Source: a virus
Reading direction: 5' to 3' (one strand)
DNA length: 64,000 nucleotides
IMG/VR virus record: IMGVR_UViG_3300047319_000798
Span: 13,971-77,970 of that record
Below are positions 19,271 through 29,410 of this stretch, one piece after another. Position numbers and translations under genes: made by a program. The notes beneath the pieces were generated by a model that saw nothing but the letters and a program-made list of their open reading frames with translations, ran no database searches and was not told the origin of the DNA. The number at the start of each line of letters is the position of its first letter. Position 1 is the first letter of the stretch.

Positions 19271-20736
19271 TGGCTGTAATCCCACTTATCATGACCGCAC
19301 AGGGTCTGCAGCCACAGGCCCCGGCGACCTTGCGTCAGCAGCTGGTGGCATCTGTCGCGGCCACCAACCAGGGCTACACAGACAACCTGCCCGGCTCGCT
19401 GGTCGAGGACGTAGCCTCCACTGACGTGGCGGCGTGCGTCCAGAGTGATTCCTACCTGGTCGATCTGGTCAATTCGGTATCGCCTAACGGCGCCAACGCC
19501 TTCATCCTGCAGCAGTTTGGCAATCTTTATGGGCTCCGGCAGCAGGTCGCTACAAATGTAACCGTGTATGTAGTCTTCTATGGTCCGCCCGGTCTGGTCA
19601 TCGTAGAGGGCTTCCTCGTTGGCGACGGCAGCTATCAGTACGTTGTCCAGGACGGCGGCATCATCGGCCAGAATGGCCAGTCATTACCCCTATACTGTGT
19701 GGCGGTGGTTCCTGGCACGTGGGCCGTTCCGGCGGGGTCCGTCACGCTCCTGGCATCCTCCCTGCCCGCGAGTGTGATCGATCTGGTCACCTGTACTAAC
19801 CCCACCGACGGCATTCCTTCGACAGCCGGGGAGGCTATGAGTGATTTCCGCGACCGGTGCTTTACGGCGGGGCTGGCGGCGTCCACTGGGATGTCGCGCT
19901 ATATGAAAACCCTACTGGCGAACGTGCCTGGGGTTCAGGCGCGGCTGGTCAGCGCCCGCCAGGATTTAGTGACTGGGAAGTACGTCGCTATCTGCGGCGG
20001 CGGTGACCCCTATCAGGTTGCCTACGCGATCTGGAAAGCGTTATTCTGGACCGGGGGCCTACTCCAGGCCCCGATCAACATCACAAGTATCTCCGCGTCC
20101 AACCCAGCGGTTATCACTACAGCGCAGAACCATAACTTTGTAACAGGCATGGTCGAGTCATTCGAGGGCATAGTAGGCACCGGGGTGTTCCCAACGATTA
20201 ACGGTAGATCATTCCCCGTTACCGTGCCTACTATTGGTGGCCAGCCCTCCCTCAACACGTTTACCATCCCCTATAACACCGCCATCACAGGTTCGATCTA
20301 CACTTCAGGTGGGCTGGTGACCCCGAACCCAATCGTGGAAGAGGTTTCGGTTGTCGACTGGCCGGACACCTACATCATCCCTTATGTAATCCCGCCGATG
20401 GAGACGGTATTCATTGAGGTGATCTGGCAGACTGACTCGCCCAACTACGTATCGCCCAGCGCCGTTGCTTCGCTAGCCGGACCTGCACTTCAGGATTACA
20501 TCAACGGTTTGCCGGTGGGCGTGGCCCCAATCAACATTTACGACATGACTTCGATCTTCCTCCAGGCCGTGACCAACGCCGTGGCGGCGGAGGCGATCAC
20601 AGTGCTGGACTTCCAGGTCAGCATCGACGGGATAGGGGCCGCACCCGCGCCGGGCACAGGCGTCATCTATGGCGACCCCAACAGCTACTTCCTGACCGAT
20701 CTGTCGAAGATCGTGTTTAGCGAGGGCGGTTTCTAA
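19270..20736 (+). CDS. Baseplate J-like wedge protein
   Basis: NLPGSLVED, GEAMSDFRDR, LANVPGVQ and GGGDPYQVAYAIW motifs. Confidence 0.8.
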   Translation: MAVIPLIMTAQGLQPQAPATLRQQLVASVAATNQGYTDNLPGSLVEDVASTDVAACVQSDSYLVDLVNSVSPNGANAFILQQFGNLYGLRQQVATNVTVYVVFYGPPGLVIVEGFLVGDGSYQYVVQDGGIIGQNGQSLPLYCVAVVPGTWAVPAGSVTLLASSLPASVIDLVTCTNPTDGIPSTAGEAMSDFRDRCFTAGLAASTGMSRYMKTLLANVPGVQARLVSARQDLVTGKYVAICGGGDPYQVAYAIWKALFWTGGLLQAPINITSISASNPAVITTAQNHNFVTGMVESFEGIVGTGVFPTINGRSFPVTVPTIGGQPSLNTFTIPYNTAITGSIYTSGGLVTPNPIVEEVSVVDWPDTYIIPYVIPPMETVFIEVIWQTDSPNYVSPSAVASLAGPALQDYINGLPVGVAPINIYDMTSIFLQAVTNAVAAEAITVLDFQVSIDGIGAAPAPGTGVIYGDPNSYFLTDLSKIVFSEGGF

Positions 20737-21875
20737 TGCCGCTCTATCCCAACTATCAAGTTGTAGGTGGGCTGACCGATACCATCGTCCACCCCGGGTT
20801 CGCTACTCAGCTGATGCCCGTGGGCCTACCCAACTTTGGCGGTCTAGTTGTCAATCCATTCGAGGCGGTAGATCAGGGATTACCTGAGCCAGAAGAACTC
20901 TATGTCAGTATCGTTAGACCGCCATCACAGTTTGAGGATGAGCACACCACCAAGCTGGAGCCGGGTCAGCGGTTCATAGTTCCGGCTGGGGTCCACGTCT
21001 GGGTGGATGCGGTCAGCAAAGGCCATCAATTTTCTGCTTATTTCTATTCATCCTCTATCGCGGTCAAGGGCAGCGCGGAGCCGGTGCCGGGGGATTTTCC
21101 GCCATCCGGCCCCACCGGGATGACCAAGGTCATTCCGTCCTACCTTTATCAGGAATACAGCGATGACGATGATCTGCAGGCGTTTGTCGATGGCCAGAAC
21201 GCCCTGCAGCAGAACTATGTCGACACATTCAACGCCCTTAACCTGCCGATATACACCAACCCGCTGATCGCGGGGCCGATGCTCGACTGGGTGGCGGAAG
21301 GGGTCTATGGCTACAAAAGACCATGGGTTTATGCCGAGCGCGGGTTTACGTTTGGGCCGCTCAATACATGGGGGCCTAACCAGCTGGTGCCCATCGACGC
21401 GATGGTCAAGACCCAGCCCCGGGGCGTGGTCATCGCTGACGATGATTTCTACAAGCGTTGTCTGACCTGGCACTACATGAAGGGGGACGGTAAATATTTC
21501 AACGTTCGATGGTTGAAGCGGCGGATTAAGCGGTTCCTAATCGGGGTCAATGGGTCGTGTCCGCCTGTCGATATTACAGACGATATCTCGATCACGTTTG
21601 GGCCTAAACAGAGTTGTACAATCCGATTCCCGCTGATTAACCGCACGGTTGTCGCGGGTGCGCTGCCCAACCGGTTTGGGCCTAATGGAACCCGGGGCGG
21701 TACCCCGGATGGGGCGTCGCGATGGGCAGAGGATCAGAAGCCCGCACTCAATAAGGTTTACACTGTTGCCGTGACTTTCTCGCGGCCCGACTACATCAAC
21801 CAGTTCGCTGAGGCGATTAACGCTGGGGTGTTGGAGTTGCCGTTCCAGTTCAGCTTCAACGTCGTCATAGGATAA
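20736..21875 (+). CDS. Baseplate wedge protein (DUF2612/gpI-like) with N-terminal extra beta domain
   Basis: [26 protein letters not shown] and DDDFYKR motifs; follows J. Confidence 0.65.
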   Translation: MPLYPNYQVVGGLTDTIVHPGFATQLMPVGLPNFGGLVVNPFEAVDQGLPEPEELYVSIVRPPSQFEDEHTTKLEPGQRFIVPAGVHVWVDAVSKGHQFSAYFYSSSIAVKGSAEPVPGDFPPSGPTGMTKVIPSYLYQEYSDDDDLQAFVDGQNALQQNYVDTFNALNLPIYTNPLIAGPMLDWVAEGVYGYKRPWVYAERGFTFGPLNTWGPNQLVPIDAMVKTQPRGVVIADDDFYKRCLTWHYMKGDGKYFNVRWLKRRIKRFLIGVNGSCPPVDITDDISITFGPKQSCTIRFPLINRTVVAGALPNRFGPNGTRGGTPDGASRWAEDQKPALNKVYTVAVTFSRPDYINQFAEAINAGVLELPFQFSFNVVIG

Positions 21876-21880
21876 CCACC

Positions 21881-23143
21881 ATGGCCGTCTTATTCGCCAA
21901 TAACGCATCGACCACAGTCGTTGGCTCCATCAACCCTACGGACACCCAAGTCAACGTGGCGGCGGGCACCGGGATAGAGTTTCCGGACCCTGGTACAGTG
22001 GGGGATTACTTCTGCGCCACGTTCTATGACGCCGCGACGGGAACCATTCAAGAAATTGTTCACGTCACCGATGTCAATAACGACACCTTTAACATCGTGC
22101 GCGGACAGGAGGGTACGCAGCCGAAATCCTGGGCTCCCGGCGACACCATCAGCAATCTCGTCACCGCCGCCACGCTAGCGTCATTCGTCCAGACTGGCGT
22201 GGGCGTTAACACCGCCATCATCTATGATGGATTTGATGTCGGCTCGCCCAATCACATAGTCGTCACTAACCTGTCGCCAGCCCCCAACGGCAATCCGGTC
22301 AACGGACAGGCGATGTTGATCACGGTCAACTACGCCAACACTGGGCCGGTGGACGTGATCATTATGGGCGTAGCCCCTATCCCGCTGACCAGCATGGGCA
22401 ACCGGCCCCTGCAGGGCGGCGAGCTTAGCCCGGGCGACCGCATCCTAATCACCAACTGCGCCACCGCCTATTATGAGCTGATCAATTATCCGACGCTGGT
22501 CGGATCACGGGTTATCCATACCGGTGTCGACACCGGCGTGGTCAACGCTATCTCTGCCGCGTGCTCACCGGCCCCCACCGCTTATCTGGAGGGCATGCAG
22601 TTCAATGTTCGGATCAAGAATACCAACACAGGGGCCGTGACAGCAAACTTCAACGGCCTGGGCGCGCTGACCTGCTACAAGCCGAATGGCGTGGCGATGG
22701 TCGCGGGCGATGTTGTCGCCAACGCTGAGTTGATCTTCGTTTACAATGCGTCGGGGCCTTACTGGACTGTGGTCGGCCCGGGCACGGTTGGCGCGCAGGG
22801 TCCAGTCGGCGCTCAAGGTTCGACCGGGGCTGGCGGTCCTCAAGGCTCAGCCGGTCCCGTTGGGCCTCCGGGTCCAGCTGGTCCTATCGGCCCGCAAGGC
22901 GCGGTTGGGCCTCCGGGGGCTGGATCGCAAGGCCCCGCCGGTCCACCCGGTCCCGCTGGAGCGTGGCAAGGCTATGGTGGCCTGGGTAGCGTGTGGATGA
23001 CCATCGGATTTACCTTTGGCCCGCATGACCCCAACGGCAACGGCTATCCGGGCAACTGGCTCCAGATTGGCACGGTCAGCCAGGACGCTACGGCGGTCAA
23101 CTACGGGGTGATCACCAACTACTTCTACCAGAGGATTGGTTAA
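21881..23143 (+). CDS. Tail fibre with collagen-like repeat
   Basis: FANNAS..EIVHVT..VRGQEGT baseplate-anchor N-terminus; two NTGxV repeats; G-X-Y run near the C-terminus. Confidence 0.75.
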   Translation: MAVLFANNASTTVVGSINPTDTQVNVAAGTGIEFPDPGTVGDYFCATFYDAATGTIQEIVHVTDVNNDTFNIVRGQEGTQPKSWAPGDTISNLVTAATLASFVQTGVGVNTAIIYDGFDVGSPNHIVVTNLSPAPNGNPVNGQAMLITVNYANTGPVDVIIMGVAPIPLTSMGNRPLQGGELSPGDRILITNCATAYYELINYPTLVGSRVIHTGVDTGVVNAISAACSPAPTAYLEGMQFNVRIKNTNTGAVTANFNGLGALTCYKPNGVAMVAGDVVANAELIFVYNASGPYWTVVGPGTVGAQGPVGAQGSTGAGGPQGSAGPVGPPGPAGPIGPQGAVGPPGAGSQGPAGPPGPAGAWQGYGGLGSVWMTIGFTFGPHDPNGNGYPGNWLQIGTVSQDATAVNYGVITNYFYQRIG

Positions 23144-23680
23144 ATGCAGCCCGCCCCCTTTTCCTCAGAAGACCTGACCTCTACCCTGCACAATCCGCGC
23201 TGGGCGCTAGCGGGCACGCCCACCGATCTATCCCCGATTGCGCTCGATTGTATGCAGTATGGGCAGCCTGGGGTGTTCGTCGCCAGCCCCCAAGACCCCG
23301 AACCGCACGGGGTCGCGATCTGGAATGACGCCAAAGCGGGGGTGTACGGGACAATTGGCCCTTATGTAGCTCCACCGGAAATGGTTCAAGATGCTATGAG
23401 CCGGCAGACTCACGAGGTTCAGACTTATCTGGGCGACCAGATGATGCCCCGGTCCCCGGGTCCAGACCGCCAGATCATCTACACCGAACTGCAGGCGGCG
23501 GCGACCACCCAGGGCTATCACCTTTATCAAATCCCCAAGCCTTGGAACCGTCCAATAGCAGCAGAGGATCAGGCCTTTTTCGATGCTGGCTTGGCGGCTT
23601 ACCAGGAAACAATTGACTATCTCAACGCCCAGATGGCGGGCCGCATCGTCCTGCCTGCGCTCAAGGTAAAGGAGAAGTGA
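23144..23680 (+). CDS. Tail fibre assembly chaperone-like protein
   Basis: NPRWA..FVASPQDPEPHG..AGVYGTIGPY motif typical of fibre chaperones. Confidence 0.55.
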   Translation: MQPAPFSSEDLTSTLHNPRWALAGTPTDLSPIALDCMQYGQPGVFVASPQDPEPHGVAIWNDAKAGVYGTIGPYVAPPEMVQDAMSRQTHEVQTYLGDQMMPRSPGPDRQIIYTELQAAATTQGYHLYQIPKPWNRPIAAEDQAFFDAGLAAYQETIDYLNAQMAGRIVLPALKVKEK

Positions 23681-23681
23681 C

Positions 23682-23993
23682 ATGGCGGCTCCAGTTGCGG
23701 GCGCAAACACCCAGACCCCATCCACCCCGAAAACAGCAATCACAGCTATCCCCGCCAATCAGGCGGGCGGCTACATCGTCAACCCTTTGAGTGCCACCGA
23801 TCAGGGGCTAGGGGCGAATGAGGTGCTGTATGTCGACCAGGTTGGTCCGGCCAAGACAGCAGCTAATGGCACCACGCTGGCCCTGCAGCCGGGGCAATCC
23901 TACACCGTGATCCCGAATACCCTCACCCCGGTGACCGCCGCGAGCAACTCACCCTCGCACAAGTTCACCGCAGTCTGCTGGCCAAACGCATGA
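23682..23993 (+). CDS. Stand-alone copy of repeated virion beta domain
   Basis: GGYIVNPLSATDQGL..EVLYVD..LQPGQ..HKFTAV; paralogous to internal domains of 7295 and 20736. Confidence 0.65.
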   Translation: MAAPVAGANTQTPSTPKTAITAIPANQAGGYIVNPLSATDQGLGANEVLYVDQVGPAKTAANGTTLALQPGQSYTVIPNTLTPVTAASNSPSHKFTAVCWPNA

Positions 23994-24517
23994 AGAATAT
24001 CTCCACACCTACTGGCCCTGTCGCTCAGCCCACCGCGTCGCAGACTCAGCAGTCCACCTTTGTTCAGGCGGGGCCGCAAGCTCAACCCGACCCCTGGACA
24101 ATACAGGGGCCAGCCGTCTATTACGCGCACGCGATGGTGATTGGCAGCCCGACTGGTGGGCCGAAAGGCGACGGCACGCTCAACGCTCAGGCGTTCTACG
24201 TCAACGGCTCGCTTTATGATCCAACCGTGTTCGCGCCGCTGGCGGGCGCGATCTTTACCGGGCCAGTGACACTCCACGCCAATCCCGCCCAGCCGCTAGA
24301 GGCGGCCACTAAACAGTACGTGGACAGCCACATCTCTGCGATACCGCCAACACTTGTTGCCAGCGATACTCCACCGGCGTCACCCTATCCCGGGCAACTG
24401 TGGTGGGCTTCCCTTGTCGGCCAGCTATTCGTTTGGTACTCGGACCCGAATAGCAGCCAGTGGGTGGTCTGCAACAACGCGCTCAACTCGATCAGTCTCG
24501 ACATGGGCACATACTAA
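23990..24517 (+). CDS. Tail fibre adaptor protein
   Basis: PLEAATKQYVD and DTPP..GQLWW..GQLFVWY.DPNSSQWV modules shared with other fibre genes. Confidence 0.6.
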   Translation: MKNISTPTGPVAQPTASQTQQSTFVQAGPQAQPDPWTIQGPAVYYAHAMVIGSPTGGPKGDGTLNAQAFYVNGSLYDPTVFAPLAGAIFTGPVTLHANPAQPLEAATKQYVDSHISAIPPTLVASDTPPASPYPGQLWWASLVGQLFVWYSDPNSSQWVVCNNALNSISLDMGTY

Positions 24518-25545
24518 TGGCCATCGATTTCCCTGGTTCGCCCAACGTCGGCGACGCCTTTACATCGGGCACTACCACGTGGACGTGGGACGGGACCAAG
24601 TGGGAACCGGCCCCAGCGGGTAATTGGGTCGAAGCCCCTAGCGACGGGCGAACCTACGCGCGGCGCAATCAGGCCTGGACCCCTAATTCAATTCAAAGCG
24701 ACGCACCATCAGACGGTCAGAACTATCGCCGGACTGTATCTGGCGGTATTATGGTGTGGTCTCCTGATCCTATTCCGTATGATGCCCCAGCAGCCATAGG
24801 AACGTATTATGGGCGCGTTAACGGGTCGTGGGGTCCACTGTCGCCCACCTTCGCCCTTCAGTCTTATGTCGACAATCAGGATGCTGCAAATCTTGCCAAT
24901 GCCAACGCGCTGATTAACGCCATCGCGGTCCCGATTGGCGGGGTTATTATGTACGGCAGCCCGACCCCACCGGCCCGCTTCCTCAACTGTGATGGCGGCC
25001 AATACAGCTATGCCTCAGTTCCGCAGCTCGCAGCCGTTATCGGCGGCTATTATGGCGGGGATTGGTCAACCTATCTTTTGGTGCCCAATATGGGCGGGCG
25101 TTTCCCGTGCTCCACCACTGTCGGCGCGGTGGGCGGCGCGGGACAGGTCTCACTCGGCGTGGGCAATCTACCGCCACACCAACATTTGGTTCCCTCTCAT
25201 ACCCACGGGTTTTATGACCCCGGCCACAACCACGGGCAATCGCCGCATGGCCACGGTATCAGTGACCCCGGTCACGCGCACGGCAACGTCATGCAGGCAA
25301 ACACCGGCATGTATGCTTTGGGTTCGCCAGGAGGGGGGTACCATACAGCGGGCAACACTGACTCTCGGGGAACCGGCATCGGTATCGCGGCCCAGTACGC
25401 TAACATCAACGCGGCGGGCACCAGCTGCTCTGTCGCTGCTAATGGCCCTTGGGGCACTGATCCCAGCTGGGGCCAGGGCAGTGCAGCGGCGTTCAACATC
25501 TATCCGCCCTATCTTGGCTTCAACTTCATCATCAGGTATTACTGA
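24517..25545 (+). CDS. Tail-collar-domain fibre with His-rich (HxH) tip
   Basis: Start MAIDFPG at TAATG overlap; VPIGGVIMY..FLNCDG..VPNMGGRF collar domain; HxH/DPGH repeats; FNFIIRY end. Confidence 0.75.
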   Translation: MAIDFPGSPNVGDAFTSGTTTWTWDGTKWEPAPAGNWVEAPSDGRTYARRNQAWTPNSIQSDAPSDGQNYRRTVSGGIMVWSPDPIPYDAPAAIGTYYGRVNGSWGPLSPTFALQSYVDNQDAANLANANALINAIAVPIGGVIMYGSPTPPARFLNCDGGQYSYASVPQLAAVIGGYYGGDWSTYLLVPNMGGRFPCSTTVGAVGGAGQVSLGVGNLPPHQHLVPSHTHGFYDPGHNHGQSPHGHGISDPGHAHGNVMQANTGMYALGSPGGGYHTAGNTDSRGTGIGIAAQYANINAAGTSCSVAANGPWGTDPSWGQGSAAAFNIYPPYLGFNFIIRYY

Positions 25546-25832
25546 TGGCTATCAACCCAATCCGCTTCCTGCGTAGCATCATCTCGGGTGTCCGTCCGTC
25601 ATCGGCAAAGCTCGACGGTGAGCCTTATGTGAACTTCGCAGATAACCAGCTCGGCGTCATGCTCGGTGGCACTCCGGTGGACATGCTAGGGGTCACGATC
25701 TTTTCCACCACCGCCTCTTATCCGGCGCGCGTGACCGTGGTCTATCAGGGCACACTCTATCAATCACTAGGCGCGGTGCCTCCGGGCGCGTGGAACGCGA
25801 CGCAATGGACTAAGTACACGACAGCCGCATGA
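25545..25832 (+). CDS. Small tail fibre-associated protein
   Basis: GEPYVNFAD hyaluronidase/MTD N-terminal-like motif; GAWNATQW. Confidence 0.5.
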   Translation: MAINPIRFLRSIISGVRPSSAKLDGEPYVNFADNQLGVMLGGTPVDMLGVTIFSTTASYPARVTVVYQGTLYQSLGAVPPGAWNATQWTKYTTAA

Positions 25833-27568
25833 GCGTCATTCCATACGAATGTGCCGTTGGCGATGCGGTGCCGGTTACACTTCCGGTCGCATCAACAACT
25901 GCGATTGCGCCGACCGATGACTCGGTCGACACCAATGATGTTGTCATCAGCGGCACCGGAACTATCAACTCGCTCGGCGTCGGCCCAGCAGGTGTGCCGC
26001 TCACCAAGCGGGTGTGGTTTCAGCCGTTTGGCGGCTCGATCACCCTGGTTAACAGCGCCAGTCTGAACCTTCTGGGCAACGCCAATCATATAACAAGTAA
26101 TCCAATCATTGCGGAATATTACTGGGACGGGATATCGCGGTGGATTGAGCGTAATTTTACGGACTCCACTGTTGGCCCGGGTCAGGGCGGCGGACCCGTG
26201 GGACCACAAGGGCCGCAAGGAATACCGGGAACACCCGGAGCCACCGGCCCGCAAGGGGCAAAGGGCGATACCGGGGCGACGGGCCTAACCGGGCCGCAGG
26301 GGTCACAGGGAGTGCCCGGCTCAATTGGCCCTGTAGGCGCGACAGGCCCCGGCTATCAAGTCATCGGCTTTCCTGCCTCGCACGCTATCGGCATTGGGCC
26401 GACCACATTTGCTATCGGGACTGGCTTCGCCTACAGCTTAGGGTGTCGCGCCCGCGCCAGCGCAACAACGACCACGTGGATGGAGGGCGAGGTCACTTCG
26501 TATGTTGGCGGTGTATTGACCATCGCCATGGATAATATTAGCGGCAGCGGTACGTACAGCAGCTGGAATATTAACCTGGCGGGCGAGATAGGCGTTATCG
26601 GGCCAACGGGTCCGCAAGGCGTGGTTGGACCCATTGGCCCGCAAGGCACTCAAGGTATCCAAGGCATTCAAGGTAATGTGGGGCCGGTGGGGCCGGTGGG
26701 GCCGGTGGGGCCGATTGGCCCCGGTATCGTGTTTAAGGGTTCAGTACCAACTTATGCCAGTCTGCCAACCACTGGTAACAATACCGGGGATATGTGGATT
26801 ACTGCCGACACCGGCAGAGGCTACGTGTGGGAGAATGGGGCATGGGTTGACGCGGGGGAGATCCAAGGGCCGCAGGGTGTGCAGGGGCCGCAGGGTGTGC
26901 AGGGGGCGCAGGGTCTAACTGGGGCGACAGGGGCGCAGGGCTTGACCGGGCCATCGGGTCTGATAGCCGAAGCGCCGACAGACGGCCAGCTTTACACGCG
27001 GCGCGGCGTCGATGCGTCGTGGCAACCGGCACCGGGCGTCTCGATTAGAGACACGCCTCCGACATCGGCCAAATCTGGTGACCTATGGTGGGATAGTGTT
27101 GGCGGTCAGCTCTACATTTATTTCATTGATCCGAATACCTCGCAGTGGGTCACCGCCATAAACAACACCGGCGGGCAGGGTCCGCAAGGCACGCAGGGTA
27201 TTCAGGGCATACAGGGCATACAGGGGCCGACCGGCGCAACCGGGCCACAGGGTATTCAAGGCCCGCAAGGCATCATGGCCGAAGCGCCCACCGATGGTAA
27301 TGCTTATTTTCGGGCCTCAAGCGGGTGGACAAGCGGCGGCAAGATCAGCGGCCCTCTGACGCCGTCCGCGAATGGCACAATCAATCTCGGCTCAGCCGCG
27401 CTGCGCTGGGGTACGGTGTACACGTCTGACTTGAGCCTCAACAATGGCATCGGCGACTGGACTATCGTGGAGGGTGAGGATGACCTGTTCCTCTACAACA
27501 ATAAGAAGGGCAAGACCTACAAGTTCGCGCTGATTGAGGTCGATAACGCACCGCCAAAGAAGGTCTGA
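25829..27568 (+). CDS. Collagen-like tail fibre
   Basis: Four G-X-Y tracts; EAPTDG modules; C-terminal GDWTIVEGEDDLFLYNNKKGKTYKF domain. Confidence 0.75.
   Translation: MSVIPYECAVGDAVPVTLPVASTTAIAPTDDSVDTNDVVISGTGTINSLGVGPAGVPLTKRVWFQPFGGSITLVNSASLNLLGNANHITSNPIIAEYYWDGISRWIERNFTDSTVGPGQGGGPVGPQGPQGIPGTPGATGPQGAKGDTGATGLTGPQGSQGVPGSIGPVGATGPGYQVIGFPASHAIGIGPTTFAIGTGFAYSLGCRARASATTTTWMEGEVTSYVGGVLTIAMDNISGSGTYSSWNINLAGEIGVIGPTGPQGVVGPIGPQGTQGIQGIQGNVGPVGPVGPVGPIGPGIVFKGSVPTYASLPTTGNNTGDMWITADTGRGYVWENGAWVDAGEIQGPQGVQGPQGVQGAQGLTGATGAQGLTGPSGLIAEAPTDGQLYTRRGVDASWQPAPGVSIRDTPPTSAKSGDLWWDSVGGQLYIYFIDPNTSQWVTAINNTGGQGPQGTQGIQGIQGIQGPTGATGPQGIQGPQGIMAEAPTDGNAYFRASSGWTSGGKISGPLTPSANGTINLGSAALRWGTVYTSDLSLNNGIGDWTIVEGEDDLFLYNNKKGKTYKFALIEVDNAPPKKV
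26678..26713 (+). repeat. (GTGGGGCCG)x4 perfect tandem repeat in collagen tract
   Basis: Direct reading; encodes (VGP)4. Confidence 0.85.
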
Positions 27569-27570
27569 CC

Positions 27571-28116
27571 ATGGGCATCGACATCGGCGGTGCAACCATC
27601 ATCCAATCGGGCGGCGGCGCTGTGCTCAATACCGCGCTGGCCTTCAACTCGCTCGGCCAGGGGGCCGCGAACCCTTACTGCGGCTACTCAGGTTGGAAGA
27701 CCGGCGGCTCGACTTACTACTCGGGTGGTTCGGGTTGGGAGATCAACGCCGTCACCTGGAACTCGGGTCTGACTCTTGGGAATGGTGTCTTCACCTGTCC
27801 GGTCGCGGGCCTCTACGCTATGGGCTACAACGGCATCCACCGGGGCGGCTCCGGCATCCCGGCGGGCTACAATACCTATGGCTATTGCGGCTTCGCCAAG
27901 AACGGCGCGCTGTCCTACTTCGCGCATTGGAATCAAGGCACCAATACCTACTGGAACACGGGAGGCGTCTCGGCGCTATTTCAATGTGCGGCCGGAGACT
28001 GGCTGGCGCTGTTCATCAATCAGTCTCCCGTTAGTAATGGGCCAGATGTCTATTCGCAGAATTATGGGCTGTACCCGGATCAGCACCATTGCGTCTGGTG
28101 TAAGCTGGTGGGTTGA
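27571..28116 (+). CDS. C1q-like domain receptor-binding protein 1
   Basis: GVFTCPVAGLY motif and CAAGD near the C-terminus. Confidence 0.65.
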   Translation: MGIDIGGATIIQSGGGAVLNTALAFNSLGQGAANPYCGYSGWKTGGSTYYSGGSGWEINAVTWNSGLTLGNGVFTCPVAGLYAMGYNGIHRGGSGIPAGYNTYGYCGFAKNGALSYFAHWNQGTNTYWNTGGVSALFQCAAGDWLALFINQSPVSNGPDVYSQNYGLYPDQHHCVWCKLVG

Positions 28117-28119
28117 CCG

Positions 28120-28626
28120 ATGGGCTTCGATGTCGGCGGCATAGCGTTTACCGCATCCGGCGGTGTTCTGGCGGTGGATGGCGCGTCCACCTTTATGCGG
28201 GTGACGGCTAGCGGTATCCTGACGCGACCACAGACGCCTTGGATGCGCGGCCAGTTCAACGGTCAGGGCAATCCCTACAACGGCAACGGCGGGCCATTGC
28301 TAATCCCCGCTGACGACAATGTTGGCGGTTGCTGGAACAGCGCCACTGGTTATTGGACCTGTCCGGTGGCGGGATATTACATGGTGACCGGCGCGGGCAT
28401 CGCTGCCACGCAAGCCGGTTATCTCTACATCAACAAGAACGGGGCCACCGTGCATTACACGCACTGGAATCACACAGCCGCCTGGCACTATACGTCGATT
28501 TCCGATATCGTATTATGCGCGGCGGGAGACAATATCAGCTACACCATAGGAGGGCTCACGCCAGCCACCACCGGCTTTTATGGCGGCGGCGGCCATGGCA
28601 TGTACTCGATAGCGTTGATGGCCTGA
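28120..28626 (+). CDS. C1q-like domain receptor-binding protein 2
   Basis: GYWTCPVAGYY and LCAAGDNI motifs. Confidence 0.65.
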   Translation: MGFDVGGIAFTASGGVLAVDGASTFMRVTASGILTRPQTPWMRGQFNGQGNPYNGNGGPLLIPADDNVGGCWNSATGYWTCPVAGYYMVTGAGIAATQAGYLYINKNGATVHYTHWNHTAAWHYTSISDIVLCAAGDNISYTIGGLTPATTGFYGGGGHGMYSIALMA

Positions 28627-28627
28627 C

Positions 28628-29137
28628 ATGCCGATAGACATTAACGGCTACGCGCTGGCGAACTCTTCCGGCCTCAAGTTCGGCGCGTCCAATACCAAGA
28701 TCGTTGCCGCGAACTACGGCATCAGCGACCCAATGCTGCCCGGGATGTTGGGCTCGGTAACGGACGGCAGTGGCGCTTACAAGTGCTATCCGTTTCCGCT
28801 CAACGACGTGAACCTTAATAACGGGTCGCCATGGTCATCCTACAGGTTCACCTGTCCGGTCGCTGGCATCTACTACATCTCGTATGCCGGCATCGTCGGC
28901 ACCGGGGTTTCGATGGGTGGCTATTTCGGCATCATCGTTAACGGCGCTCTTTGGTATTTCTCGTATCGCGACAGCAACGCTCCGTGGGAGCTTCATCATA
29001 TCGAGATGCAGCTCAAGCTGTCCGCCGGGGATTACATCGAGTGGGCGATGAACATCGCGCCCGGGCCGGACTCCAGCACGGCGGGCGGCGCGTATCGGGC
29101 CAACCACAATCACTGTACCATCTGGCTGATCGGGTAG
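28628..29137 (+). CDS. C1q-like domain receptor-binding protein 3
   Basis: RFTCPVAGIY and LSAGDYI motifs. Confidence 0.65.
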   Translation: MPIDINGYALANSSGLKFGASNTKIVAANYGISDPMLPGMLGSVTDGSGAYKCYPFPLNDVNLNNGSPWSSYRFTCPVAGIYYISYAGIVGTGVSMGGYFGIIVNGALWYFSYRDSNAPWELHHIEMQLKLSAGDYIEWAMNIAPGPDSSTAGGAYRANHNHCTIWLIG

Positions 29138-29146
29138 GAAAAACAC

Positions 29147-29410
29147 ATGGCGGTCTATACGATCACGTTGACAGACGTTGAACAGAGGGCGATGGAATAT
29201 GTCGCTACCGATGTCAACTTTTGGATCCAGAACGCGGTGCATGAGCGGGCGCGGCTAGCTATGGAGGAGCTTGTAGCCAACCACATCGCTGCGAAGCTTG
29301 CTGCTGGCGCGACGATTTCCGGCACCAAGGAAGAGATTGTGATGAAGTCTGATCTGCCCAATGCCCAAGCGAGAAGCGATGCTGTTGCTAGGATGGCTGT
29401 GCTTCCGTGA
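29147..29410 (+). CDS. Small helical tail-associated protein
   Basis: 87 aa; [13 protein letters not shown]; RBS AGGA; coupled to the next gene. Confidence 0.6.
   Translation: MAVYTITLTDVEQRAMEYVATDVNFWIQNAVHERARLAMEELVANHIAAKLAAGATISGTKEEIVMKSDLPNAQARSDAVARMAVLP

Noticed and set aside
26678-26713. G-quadruplex or phase-variation role for (GTGGGGCCG)4
   Set aside because: An in-frame 9-nt unit is fully explained by collagen VGP repeats; slippage would only alter fibre length.
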